Shown: positions 1-8,077 of the stretch, piece after piece
How positions within the stretch are numbered: position 1 is the first letter of the stretch
Layout of the letters: each line of letters opens with the position of its first letter
Assembly (NCBI GenBank): GCA_001800185.1
Contig: MGUX01000066.1
Location: forward strand, 1 to 50,369
Direction of reading: 5' to 3'
DNA from: Elusimicrobia bacterium RIFCSPLOWO2_12_FULL_59_9
GTDB taxonomy: Bacteria; Elusimicrobiota; Elusimicrobia; O2-12-FULL-59-9
DNA: 50,369 nucleotides
The notes under the pieces: model-generated
Told to the model about the DNA's origin: nothing
The model's database searches: none
Seen by the model: the letters and a program-made list of their open reading frames with translations, nothing else
Program-made: the position numbers and the translations under genes

Positions 1-112
1 ACGACGAACGGCCGTCGGGGCAAAAATGTCAAAAAAACAGCGTGCGAATCTGCTCCCCGCCCATTCTCGTGCGGGCTTGCGGAATTATTGTTGGACAAGT
101 CTCTGAGTCAAG

Positions 113-140
113 TTGTATGACCTTATTTTTGTACTATATT
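113..140 (+). promoter_or_regulatory. Candidate sigma70-type promoter for the permease gene (TTGTAT-N16-TATATT)
   Basis: Read directly: TTGTAT at 113-118, 16-nt spacer, TATATT at 135-140. It ends 22 nt before the ATG at 163 and lies in an AT-rich patch of an otherwise GC-rich window. Weak -35; low-confidence call. Confidence 0.3.
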
Positions 141-162
141 GTGCGCTGTTTTTTGAAAGGCG

Positions 163-1650
163 ATGCCCACACCCACCGGCGAGTTTAAACGGGAATTCAA
201 GCTTCTGGATTCCACCATGGTCGTCATCGGCTCCATGATAGGGTCCGGGATATTCATCGTCAGCGCGGATATCGCCCGGACGGTCGGCTCGCCGGGCTGG
301 CTGCTCCTGGTCTGGCTCATCACCGGAATTCTGACCGTCTCCGCGGCCTTGAGCTACGGCGAGTTGGCGGGCATGATGCCGCAGGCGGGGGGCCAATACG
401 TCTACCTCCGCGAGGCGTATAGCCCGCTGGTCGGGTTCTTGTATGGCTGGACCCTCTTTCTGGTGATTCAGACCGGCAGCATCGCCGCGGTCGCCGTCGC
501 TTTCGCCAAATTCACGGCCGTTTTAATTCCATGGTTTAGCGAGGAGCATGTCCTGGCCTCCGCCGGCCGGTTTAAATTCTCGGCCGCGCAGTTGTTGGCC
601 GTGGGAAGCATCGCGGCGCTGACCGGGGTCAACCTCCTCGGCGTGCACCAAGGAAAGATCATACAGAATGTCTTTACCGCGGCGAAAACGGCCGCGCTCC
701 TCGGCTTGATCGCCATCGGGGCATGGCTGGGACGAAACCACGCCGCCATCGCGGCCAACCTCTCTTCCTTTTGGCCGCCCGCGTGGACGCATCTGGCTGA
801 AAATGGGACCGTGTCTTTCCTGGAGCCCCTGTCGGGACTTGGGATTGCTGCGGCCGTGGGCGTCGCCATGGTCGGCTCGCTGTTTGCCAGCGACGGATGG
901 AACAACATCACGTTCATCGCCGGCGAGGTGGAAAATCCGCGGCGCAGCATTCCGCTGAGCCTGGCCCTGGGATGCGGCGTGGTGACCCTTCTCTACGTTT
1001 TGGCCAATGTGGTTTATTTACTGGCGCTGCCCCTGGCCGGAAGCCCGGAGGGGCTGGATGTTATGGAGCGCGGGGTGCAGTTCGCCGCAAACGACCGAGT
1101 GGGAACCGCCGCGGCCTCCATGATTCTGGGCGCGCCGGCGGCGGCGCTGATGGCGGTGCTCATCATGATCTCCACTTTCGGCTGCAACAACGGGATGATT
1201 CTGACCGGCGCCCGGGCCTACTACGCCATGGCCCAAGACGGCCTTTTCTTCAAGCGCGCCGGCGGCCTGAACCGGAACGCGGTGCCCGGCGCGGCCCTTA
1301 TTCTCCAGGGAATTTGGGCATGCCTATTGTGCCTGTCGGGCACCTACGGGGATCTTTTGGACTACGTGGTCTTCGCCGTTCTGGTGTTCTACGGTCTGAC
1401 GGTGGCCGGCATCTTCGTGCTGCGGGCGCGGCGGCCCGAGGCCGAACGGCCCTACCGGGCCTTCCTCTATCCATGGCTGCCTCTGGCCTACGTGGCCGCG
1501 GTCGCCGCCATCTGCGTGGACCTGCTCATCTTCAAACCCGTCTACACCTGGCCCGGACTGGGCATCGTGCTTTCGGGCATTCCGGTCTATTTTTTATGGA
1601 AGAGGTCGGAGCGCCGGGGCGGGTCTCCCGCGAACGTTGAAGGGCTTTAG
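163..1650 (+). CDS. APC-superfamily amino acid permease (about 12 TM helices)
   Basis: 495-aa ORF, hydrophobic throughout. The N-terminal motifs STMVVIGSMIGSGIF and GELAGMMPQAGGQYVY are typical of the first helices of amino-acid/polyamine/organocation transporters. Confidence 0.85.
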   Translation: MPTPTGEFKREFKLLDSTMVVIGSMIGSGIFIVSADIARTVGSPGWLLLVWLITGILTVSAALSYGELAGMMPQAGGQYVYLREAYSPLVGFLYGWTLFLVIQTGSIAAVAVAFAKFTAVLIPWFSEEHVLASAGRFKFSAAQLLAVGSIAALTGVNLLGVHQGKIIQNVFTAAKTAALLGLIAIGAWLGRNHAAIAANLSSFWPPAWTHLAENGTVSFLEPLSGLGIAAAVGVAMVGSLFASDGWNNITFIAGEVENPRRSIPLSLALGCGVVTLLYVLANVVYLLALPLAGSPEGLDVMERGVQFAANDRVGTAAASMILGAPAAALMAVLIMISTFGCNNGMILTGARAYYAMAQDGLFFKRAGGLNRNAVPGAALILQGIWACLLCLSGTYGDLLDYVVFAVLVFYGLTVAGIFVLRARRPEAERPYRAFLYPWLPLAYVAAVAAICVDLLIFKPVYTWPGLGIVLSGIPVYFLWKRSERRGGSPANVEGL

Positions 1651-2723
1651 CCGGGTTCGTAGGTGCAGAAGGGCTCCTCGGCCAGAACGCTTTGAGAGGC
1701 GTAGTAGGCCCGGGCGCGGCAGCCGCCGCAAATATCCTTGAAAGAGCAAAGACCGCATTTTCCCGTCAGCAGATCGGGGTCCCTAAGCTGCTTGAGGACC
1801 GTTGAACTCGCCCATATCTCGCTCAGCGGCGTCTTGAGCACGTTGCCGCAGGCGACAGGCAGGTATCCGCACGGGAAGACATCGCCTTTGTGGGAGATAA
1901 AGCACATATTGATCGCGGCCAGGCACCCCCGCCGCACGCCGTTGCCTTCCTGCTCCCGGCGGGGCTTGGGAGCGGCGCCGCCCTTTTGAGCCAGGCTCAC
2001 CTCCACCAAGTGCTCATCCTGTTTTTCGATGCGGTAAAAATGGGGCGCGCAGATCGCCTTGATGGGCAGGCTGCCTGTTCTATCCTTGACGTAGACCCAG
2101 CGGAGCCAGGCCTCCACTTCTTCGGGGCTCAGCATCTGGGTATCGGCGATTTCAACGCCGCAGCCCACGGGGACCAAGAGGAAAAGGTATAGGGCGCAGG
2201 CGCCCATATCGGAAGCCATCTTATAGATGACCGGCACTTCGGCCACGTTTTGCCGGGTGACGGTGAAATTGATCTGCACCTTGATCCCCGCGGCTTTAAG
2301 ATTTTTGAATCCCTCTACGGCCCGGTCGAAATTTCCACGGCCCCGAAAGACGTCATGGGTTTCCGCGCGCACCCCATCCAAGGAGATCGCGGCGTAGTGG
2401 ATTCCCGCTTCCTTGAGGGATGCGGCGATTTTCCCGCTGACCAAAGTTCCGTTGGTGGCGATGCCGAGGGCCAATCCCCGCTCCTTGCCGTAGCGCGCGA
2501 TTTCAAAGATATCTTTTCTGAAAAGAGGCTCTCCGCCGGAAAGAATGAGGACGGGTTTGCCTATCTGCGCCAGTTCGTCGATCAACTGCTTGGCTTGTCC
2601 GGTGGTGAGCTCGTCCGGAGAGCCTTTGGTCAAGACGTCCTGACGGCGGCAATGGATGCAGCGCAGGTTGCAGCCCGCCGTCGTTTCCCAATAAACCCGT
2701 TTGAGAGGGCTCGCTAGTTCCAT
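1647..2723 (-). CDS. Radical SAM / SPASM-domain protein of the NirJ/AhbC/AhbD type (putative alternative haem biosynthesis enzyme)
   Basis: 358 aa. It has a CNLRCIHC (CxxxCxxC) cluster motif, a GGEPL SAM motif and a Cys-rich C-terminal SPASM-like region (CFISHKGDVFPCGY, CGLCSFKDICGGC). It is the last gene of the resB-ccsA-hemA string. The exact family member is not resolvable by eye. Confidence 0.7.
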   Translation of the reverse strand: MELASPLKRVYWETTAGCNLRCIHCRRQDVLTKGSPDELTTGQAKQLIDELAQIGKPVLILSGGEPLFRKDIFEIARYGKERGLALGIATNGTLVSGKIAASLKEAGIHYAAISLDGVRAETHDVFRGRGNFDRAVEGFKNLKAAGIKVQINFTVTRQNVAEVPVIYKMASDMGACALYLFLLVPVGCGVEIADTQMLSPEEVEAWLRWVYVKDRTGSLPIKAICAPHFYRIEKQDEHLVEVSLAQKGGAAPKPRREQEGNGVRRGCLAAINMCFISHKGDVFPCGYLPVACGNVLKTPLSEIWASSTVLKQLRDPDLLTGKCGLCSFKDICGGCRARAYYASQSVLAEEPFCTYEPG

Positions 2724-2744
2724 GTTAGTGCTCCAGCCGCAAAC

Positions 2745-3839
2745 TCAGGCGCCCTGGGGCCAGGCCAGCAAAGCGCCCGCAGGCCTGGAGGCGGGGAGGG
2801 GAGCTTTTCCCAGCCCTTGGTTGGCCCGCCAAAGCTCGAGGGCCCTGATTTGAACGATTTGTTCGGCTTTTTTAGCTTCACGTTTTTTACTCTTCGCGAA
2901 CTCTTCCACGATATGTTTTAAATCGTCGATGTCATAGAGAAAAACCTGCTCTATCTTTCCAACTTCGGGATCGACGTCGCGGGGCACAGCGATATCGATC
3001 AAAAACACCGGCTTTCCGCTGCGCCGGCGCATCATTTCCCGGATGCGGGCAGGAGTGAGGACGAAATGCGGGCAGGAGGTCGAGCACAGCACGATGTCGG
3101 CGTCCGCCATCCTGGACATCCCTTCCTCCCAATGCAGCGCCTCGGCGCCGAGGGAAGCGGCCAGATCCCTCGCTCGCTCGTAGGTTCGGTTGGAGACGAA
3201 AATCGCCTTGACCTTTTTGGAGGCCAAGTGCTTGGCGGCCGCCTCCGCCATTTTGCCCGCCCCGAGCACCATGACCCGGCAAAGGGAAAGATCCGAAAAA
3301 ACTTTTTCCGCCAGAACCACGGCCGCCGAAGCTACGGAGCTTATGCCGGCAGCGATTTGAGTCTGGTTTCGAACCTGCTTGCCCGCGGCGAAGGCCGTTT
3401 GGAAAAGCCGGTTGAAAGCGCGCCGCGTGAAGCCGTTTTGCAGGGAAATTTGGTAGGCGGTCTTGATCTGCCCCAGAATTTGCGACTCGCCGAGCACCAT
3501 CGAATCGAGCCCGGCGGCGACGCGGAAAAGATGAATCGCCGCGTCCAAGCCGTGGTGAACGTAGACCTGGCCGTCTAAAACCCGGCCCGTCTTTTGCTCC
3601 CATTCCCGCCGGACTTTATCGGCGATCTCCTGGGGCGAGCCGGACCAATAGAACTCCACGCGGTTGCAGGTGGAAAGCGCCACCGCCTCTTGGCAGCCCC
3701 ACGCGGCCAGGCGGCGAAGCTGCTCCAAAATCTCCTCCGGGCGCACGGATATTTTTTCGCGGATCTCCACCGCGGCGGTCTTGTAGCTTATGCCGATGAG
3801 GGCGATTTCCGGCTCGCGGCTTGTAACCTGTTCAAGCAT
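2745..3839 (-). CDS. hemA: Glutamyl-tRNA reductase
   Basis: 364 aa. It carries IGISYKTAAVEIREK, the catalytic-Cys loop LSTCNRVEFY and the Rossmann motif VMVLGAGKMAE. The C-terminal dimerisation region looks short. Confidence 0.9.
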   Translation of the reverse strand: MLEQVTSREPEIALIGISYKTAAVEIREKISVRPEEILEQLRRLAAWGCQEAVALSTCNRVEFYWSGSPQEIADKVRREWEQKTGRVLDGQVYVHHGLDAAIHLFRVAAGLDSMVLGESQILGQIKTAYQISLQNGFTRRAFNRLFQTAFAAGKQVRNQTQIAAGISSVASAAVVLAEKVFSDLSLCRVMVLGAGKMAEAAAKHLASKKVKAIFVSNRTYERARDLAASLGAEALHWEEGMSRMADADIVLCSTSCPHFVLTPARIREMMRRRSGKPVFLIDIAVPRDVDPEVGKIEQVFLYDIDDLKHIVEEFAKSKKREAKKAEQIVQIRALELWRANQGLGKAPLPASRPAGALLAWPQGA

Positions 3840-4620
3840 AGGAATGCAGCCCGCTCAACAAGTAGTTGACTCCAAAATAGGTGAAAAGGACGAAGGCGAA
3901 GCCGGACACGGCCAGCCAAGCGAAGCGCGACTCCCGCCAGCCCCGCGTGCGCCGCAGGTGGATGGCGATGGCGTAGAAAATCCAGGTCACCAAAGACCAG
4001 GTTTCCTTGGGGTCCCAGGACCAGTAGGTGCCCCACGCCGAGTTGGCCCAAACGGCCCCCGTCAGGATTCCGAGGGTCAAAAACCAGAATCCCAGGCTGA
4101 TGGCGCGGTAAAGGAGGCCGTCAAGCAAATCCGTTTGGGAAGCGGCCCCACCTTTCTTGAAGCGCCAAAGATAAACCAACGCCGCCAGAAAGGCTAAAGA
4201 CAGCGCCCCGTAGCCGACCATGACGGTGGCCACATGCAGCAGAAGCCAATTGGATTGCAGCGCCGGAACAAGGGGCTGGATGCTGGAGTCCAACAGCGAG
4301 GCCGTCGCCAAGCTCACGACCAAAAAGACGGTCAGCGCCGGAAGCAAACCCGCGAAAGAGAGTTTGGACGAATAAAAAAGAAAGAATACCCCCAGCACGG
4401 CCCACAGCAGAAACAGCATGGACTCGTATTGGTTGGCGAGCGGCGCCCGGGCGCCGATTTGCCAGCGCGCCAACAGGTTGGCGGCCAAGGCCACCCAGCT
4501 TAGAAAAAGGAGCGCCGTGGTCCAGCGCCGCGTTGAGGATTTGAGCAGGTACTCCGCTGCGCAGGCGCCCAGAGAGGCCAAGGAGAAAATCCACACGGCC
4601 TGAAAAGAAGTTTGAACCAT
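3832..4620 (-). CDS. ccsA: System II cytochrome c biogenesis protein CcsA/ResC (haem-handling WWD protein)
   Basis: 262 aa and multi-TM. It has the Trp-rich motif WANSAWGTYWSWDPKETWS. It overlaps the hemA start by 8 nt. Confidence 0.9.
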   Translation of the reverse strand: MVQTSFQAVWIFSLASLGACAAEYLLKSSTRRWTTALLFLSWVALAANLLARWQIGARAPLANQYESMLFLLWAVLGVFFLFYSSKLSFAGLLPALTVFLVVSLATASLLDSSIQPLVPALQSNWLLLHVATVMVGYGALSLAFLAALVYLWRFKKGGAASQTDLLDGLLYRAISLGFWFLTLGILTGAVWANSAWGTYWSWDPKETWSLVTWIFYAIAIHLRRTRGWRESRFAWLAVSGFAFVLFTYFGVNYLLSGLHSYA

Positions 4621-4632
4621 AATCTCTGCCGT

Positions 4633-5739
4633 TTAACGCCGTTTTGAGGAGTTCGGCCCCCAAAACGACCAAGCCAGTCCTATCACCAAGAAAGAAAATC
4701 CCGCGTAGATGACGGGCACGCCCGGGTCCTTGGCGATTTGTATGCCTGAAAAATTTAGATTTTTGGGGTCGAATCCGGACTGGTAAAGCCGGTAGCCCTT
4801 ATACTTCAGGGGCGAGTTCACGTAGATGGTTTGCGACAACTTGGTCTGTCCGTCTTCGACGATTTCTATATCGCTCTCATATTGGCGAATCCGGCCCGGG
4901 ATATATTCGTATACCAGGCGATAGGATTCCTTGTCCGGGCCGTGGAAATCCGGAAAATTGGCGAATACAAATCGACTCGCCCCGTCCTTGCGTCCGCCGA
5001 CTTTCAACTCCCAGGCGGGATTTTCGGGAGCGTCGGTTTTTGAGCCCGCCCCCGCCTCGGTGATGACAAAATCGGGATAATACCGAACCGGCTCGATCTC
5101 CAGACCCAAGGCGGGCAATCGCAGCTTTTCGCCGGCTCTGAGTTCGGCGGTTTGGTGACCTTGCGTCGAATCGCGGGGGACGACGTGGAGCGCGTGCCTT
5201 TCATTTTCCCAATATAGAAGCCGGAAATCTTTGAGCTGAACCGAGAAGGGAAGGTGGATTTTGCCGCTGCGGTCATCGTCAAAAGAAGAGAGGGCTTGGC
5301 CTTTTTCCATGGGAAGATAGCCGCGCTGCCCGTAGGCGCCCCGCAGCATACCCCCGGCGAAAATCAGCATGATGGCCAGGTGGGACAGGAAAACGCCGGG
5401 GCGCATGAAAAGAGCTTTGTAGCGCCGCAGGGAGCAGGCGGCCAAATTGACCCCGGCTAAAGCCAGAAGGCCTAGAAACCAGAAACTGCCGAAAAGATTG
5501 TTGAGGCCGAGCCGCCCAATCCAGCCGGTCAGAGCGGGGCCGAACATCTCCTGATAACTCTCGATGGGCTGGCCCTGGGGAATAACCCCTCCCAGGATGC
5601 AGGCCGCCAAAATCAGGATGGAGGTGATGAAAAATAGCCGGATGGCGCCCAATCGTTCCAGGAGCCGCATGCCCCAGCGGCTGTATGGATAGTCGGTGGC
5701 GCGTATGACTTTAAGGCCGATGATTGGATTGGCATCCAT
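4633..5739 (-). CDS. resB: System II cytochrome c biogenesis protein ResB/Ccs1
   Basis: The ORF track extends to 6120, but those first 127 codons cross a sigma54 promoter, a repeat and the 3' end of the upstream gene. The ATG at 5739 (MDANPIIG) gives 368 aa with N-terminal TM helices, a large periplasmic domain and a C-terminal TM helix. It is adjacent to ccsA. Confidence 0.8.
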   Translation of the reverse strand: MDANPIIGLKVIRATDYPYSRWGMRLLERLGAIRLFFITSILILAACILGGVIPQGQPIESYQEMFGPALTGWIGRLGLNNLFGSFWFLGLLALAGVNLAACSLRRYKALFMRPGVFLSHLAIMLIFAGGMLRGAYGQRGYLPMEKGQALSSFDDDRSGKIHLPFSVQLKDFRLLYWENERHALHVVPRDSTQGHQTAELRAGEKLRLPALGLEIEPVRYYPDFVITEAGAGSKTDAPENPAWELKVGGRKDGASRFVFANFPDFHGPDKESYRLVYEYIPGRIRQYESDIEIVEDGQTKLSQTIYVNSPLKYKGYRLYQSGFDPKNLNFSGIQIAKDPGVPVIYAGFSFLVIGLAWSFWGPNSSKRR

Positions 5740-5763
5740 ATATTTTTGACCGCTTATAGTATT

Positions 5764-5779
5764 TGCAACGAAATTGCCA
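5764..5779 (-). promoter_or_regulatory. Sigma54 (-24/-12) promoter P1 for resB-ccsA-hemA-radical SAM
   Basis: The minus strand reads TGGCAATTTCGTTGCA, against the consensus TGGCAC-N5-TTGCW. The -12 element lies 25 nt upstream of the resB ATG. It is identical to the promoter at 17156-17171. Confidence 0.7.
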
Positions 5780-5905
5780 CGGGGGGAGTGGGGGAGGGAA
5801 AGTGGTCGAGTGGTCCAGTGGTCGAGTGCTAGGGGGAAGAGTGTCGGGTGATAAATTGGCAGGCATGGCTGCCGCTCCGTCATCGGATCATGGAGCGTTG
5901 CGGGA
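5764..5905 (-). repeat. Copy A of a shared promoter-upstream module: sigma54 promoter, AGTGGTC octamer repeats and a 21-bp near-palindrome
   Basis: It aligns by eye with 17156-17273. Shared parts are tgcaacgaaattgcca, then ggtcgagtggtccagtggtcgagtg, then ggcatggctgccgctccgt(c/g)atcggatcatggagcgttgcggga. The near-palindrome CTCCGTCATCGGATCATGGAG is at 5875-5895. Confidence 0.8.
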
Positions 5906-5915
5906 TTGGACCCGG

Positions 5916-7274
5916 TTAATGCGAAAGTTCTTGCTCCTTCACTTCCCAGACGGTGAGGATGGGCAACAACCGGGTGAATAATAGAAAGAGCAGGGCAAAG
6001 CCGGCGAACCAGGCCGCCGTAATGGACCACTCCACCCAACTGGGGGTGTAATGGGACATTCCCCAAGAAAGGTAGGGGCGCGCCCCGCTGGGAACGATAA
6101 TGCTGTACCTTTCCAGCCACATGCCGATATTGATGACTATGCAGACCCAGGCGAGGTTGCGGACGGTTCTCAGCGGCTTGATGGCCAAGACGGGAAGGGG
6201 AATTAAGAAACAGCAGGCGAACATGGTCCAGAAAAGCCAGGCATACTCGCCAAAAAACTTGGCGTTAAAGACCGCCATGTGGGCCGTCTCGCGGCCATAA
6301 AAGGTCGTGATAAACTCCAAAAAGGTGAAGTAAAACCAGAAACAGCACAGGGCCAGCAGAAACTTCCCGATCCTATCGAAATGGTCGTCGGTAAGATAGG
6401 CGTGCAGGCGGAAGAATCTCCGGATAGCCAGCATGGCCACGATGACGGTGGCAACTCCCGAATAGATGGCGCCCACGACGAAATAGGGTCCGATCACCGC
6501 GGTGTGCCAGCCGGGCTTGGTGGTCAAGCCGAAAACAAATGAGACGTTTGTATGGACTGAGATGACAAGGCAGAATAGGAAGACCGACATTCCTCCCAAG
6601 ATTTTGTGGAGCATCTTCCATTGGGCCTTGGTTCCGGTCCAGCCCAGGGCCAATTTCCGGTAAATAAACACCCTGGCGGGATGAACCACCGTGGAAAGCC
6701 TGTCCCGGCAGAGAGCGATGTCGGGGATGAGAGCGAGATAGAAGTAAAGACATGAGGTCACCAGATAGGTCGAAATGCAGACCACATCCCACAGTATGGG
6801 CGAGGTGAAGTGGGGATAGAGCAGGACGTTCAGCAGCCGCTCCGGCCGCCCAAGGTCCACGATCACGGAACTTGCGCCAAATGGCAGGGAAAACACCGTG
6901 ATGGCCTCCGCAGCGCGGGTGAACGGTCTGCGCCACTCGGTTTCCGTGATCCGCAATATGGAGGATATCAGGGTCCCCGCATGGGAGATGCCGATAAAGA
7001 AGACGAAATTGACCAAGTAGATTCCCCAGAAGACGGGAACGTTAAGTCCCGTTACCTTAAGTCCATTTTTGACCTGCCAAGCCCAGGCTGAGAGACCCCA
7101 AAGAAAAATGCAAGCCAGGACCGCTGCCGCCAGCCAAAAACCTTTTCCTGGTTTCTCAATCAGGGGCTTGAGCATTATAGATTCCAAATTCGCCTCGCTG
7201 GACTTCGCATCCGTCCAGCCCCCTTTCCAACCAGTCAAGGTGTAATCCACATCCCCACTGCCGGGTCGCATCAC
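5916..7274 (-). CDS. NrfD/PsrC-family integral membrane quinone-interacting subunit (ACIII ActC-like)
   Basis: 452 aa with about 10 TM helices. It has the motif PVFWGIYLVNFVFFIGISHAGTLIS, shared with the paralog at 21391-22959. Its start overlaps the stop of the FeS gene. Confidence 0.85.
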   Translation of the reverse strand: MMRPGSGDVDYTLTGWKGGWTDAKSSEANLESIMLKPLIEKPGKGFWLAAAVLACIFLWGLSAWAWQVKNGLKVTGLNVPVFWGIYLVNFVFFIGISHAGTLISSILRITETEWRRPFTRAAEAITVFSLPFGASSVIVDLGRPERLLNVLLYPHFTSPILWDVVCISTYLVTSCLYFYLALIPDIALCRDRLSTVVHPARVFIYRKLALGWTGTKAQWKMLHKILGGMSVFLFCLVISVHTNVSFVFGLTTKPGWHTAVIGPYFVVGAIYSGVATVIVAMLAIRRFFRLHAYLTDDHFDRIGKFLLALCCFWFYFTFLEFITTFYGRETAHMAVFNAKFFGEYAWLFWTMFACCFLIPLPVLAIKPLRTVRNLAWVCIVINIGMWLERYSIIVPSGARPYLSWGMSHYTPSWVEWSITAAWFAGFALLFLLFTRLLPILTVWEVKEQELSH

Positions 7275-8077
7275 CCCTCCCTCAAATAAATCACTTTCGG
7301 TTTTGTCCCAAGCTCCTCCAGGAACCTGTAAGCCCTGTGGCTGTCGGCAAGCCGGGAAACCTCGCTTTCTGGATTATTGAGATCCCCAAACGCGATGGCC
7401 TGGGCCGGACAGGCCGCCTTACAGGCAGGGACGTAGTCCCTTTCTTGGATCTCACGGCCCTCCTCCCGGGCCTTGTCCCTCGCTCTTTGAAGGCGCTGAT
7501 GACAGAACAGGCATTTCTCAACCACGCCTTTGTAACGGACTGAAACATCGGGGTTGAACGACTGGTTTGCTTCCGCGGGCCATTGGGGCTCGCCCCAATT
7601 GAAGAACTTGCAGGTGTAAGGGCAGGCATTGACGCAGTATCGGCAGCCGATGCAGCGGTCGTAAACTTGCCCCACAATCCCTTCCGTGTTCATGAACGTG
7701 GCCGACGTAGGACACACCCGGGTGCAAGGAGGGTCCTCGCACTGCTGGCAAGGCATGGGGATTAAACTCTGGCGGACATGGGAGCCCTCTCCTTCGGTCC
7801 TCGGAAGTATCTTCAGCCATCGGATGACTCTGCCCATGGCGGCTTCTTCGGGACTGCCCAGCATCTGGTTGTTTTCGACGGAACAGGCTACCACGCAACT
7901 CTGGCAACCCGTACAGCGATCCAGGTCGATCACCATGCCCCAGCGGTGCTTGCCCCGGGCCTGAACGATTTCCCCTTCGCTGCCGTCGGAGGCGAAGGCG
8001 CGTGGGACAAAAACCAGAAGCCCGCCGGCGAAAGCCGCCAGCCGCTTCAATAAATTTCTTCGATTCTCAGGCTCCAT
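7271..8077 (-). CDS. Tat-exported 4Fe-4S ferredoxin-type subunit (ActB2/PsrB/NrfC-like)
   Basis: 268 aa with the twin-arginine signal ENRRNLLKRLAAFAGG. Four Cys clusters are present: CTGCQSCVVAC, CQQCEDPPC, CIGCRYCVNACP and CLFC...CKAACP. Confidence 0.9.
   Translation of the reverse strand: MEPENRRNLLKRLAAFAGGLLVFVPRAFASDGSEGEIVQARGKHRWGMVIDLDRCTGCQSCVVACSVENNQMLGSPEEAAMGRVIRWLKILPRTEGEGSHVRQSLIPMPCQQCEDPPCTRVCPTSATFMNTEGIVGQVYDRCIGCRYCVNACPYTCKFFNWGEPQWPAEANQSFNPDVSVRYKGVVEKCLFCHQRLQRARDKAREEGREIQERDYVPACKAACPAQAIAFGDLNNPESEVSRLADSHRAYRFLEELGTKPKVIYLREG

Noticed and set aside
1-162. Possible terminator or regulatory RNA in the first 160 nt (short CCCGC...GCGGG stem near 55-78), and a riboswitch upstream of the permease.
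   Set aside because: The stem is only 5 bp without a convincing U-tract. The leader after the candidate promoter is about 20 nt, too short for a riboswitch.
5740-6120. N-terminal extensions of ORF-track entries: 4633-6120, 15577-17259, 20918-21637, 41233-41985, 41982-43400, 48290-49603, 49527-50228, 12797-14122.
   Set aside because: The extensions cross sigma54 promoters or repeats, or overlap the upstream gene. They encode low-complexity sequence. Internal starts with an RBS, ATGA-type coupling or a proper signal peptide give proteins that begin where homology begins.
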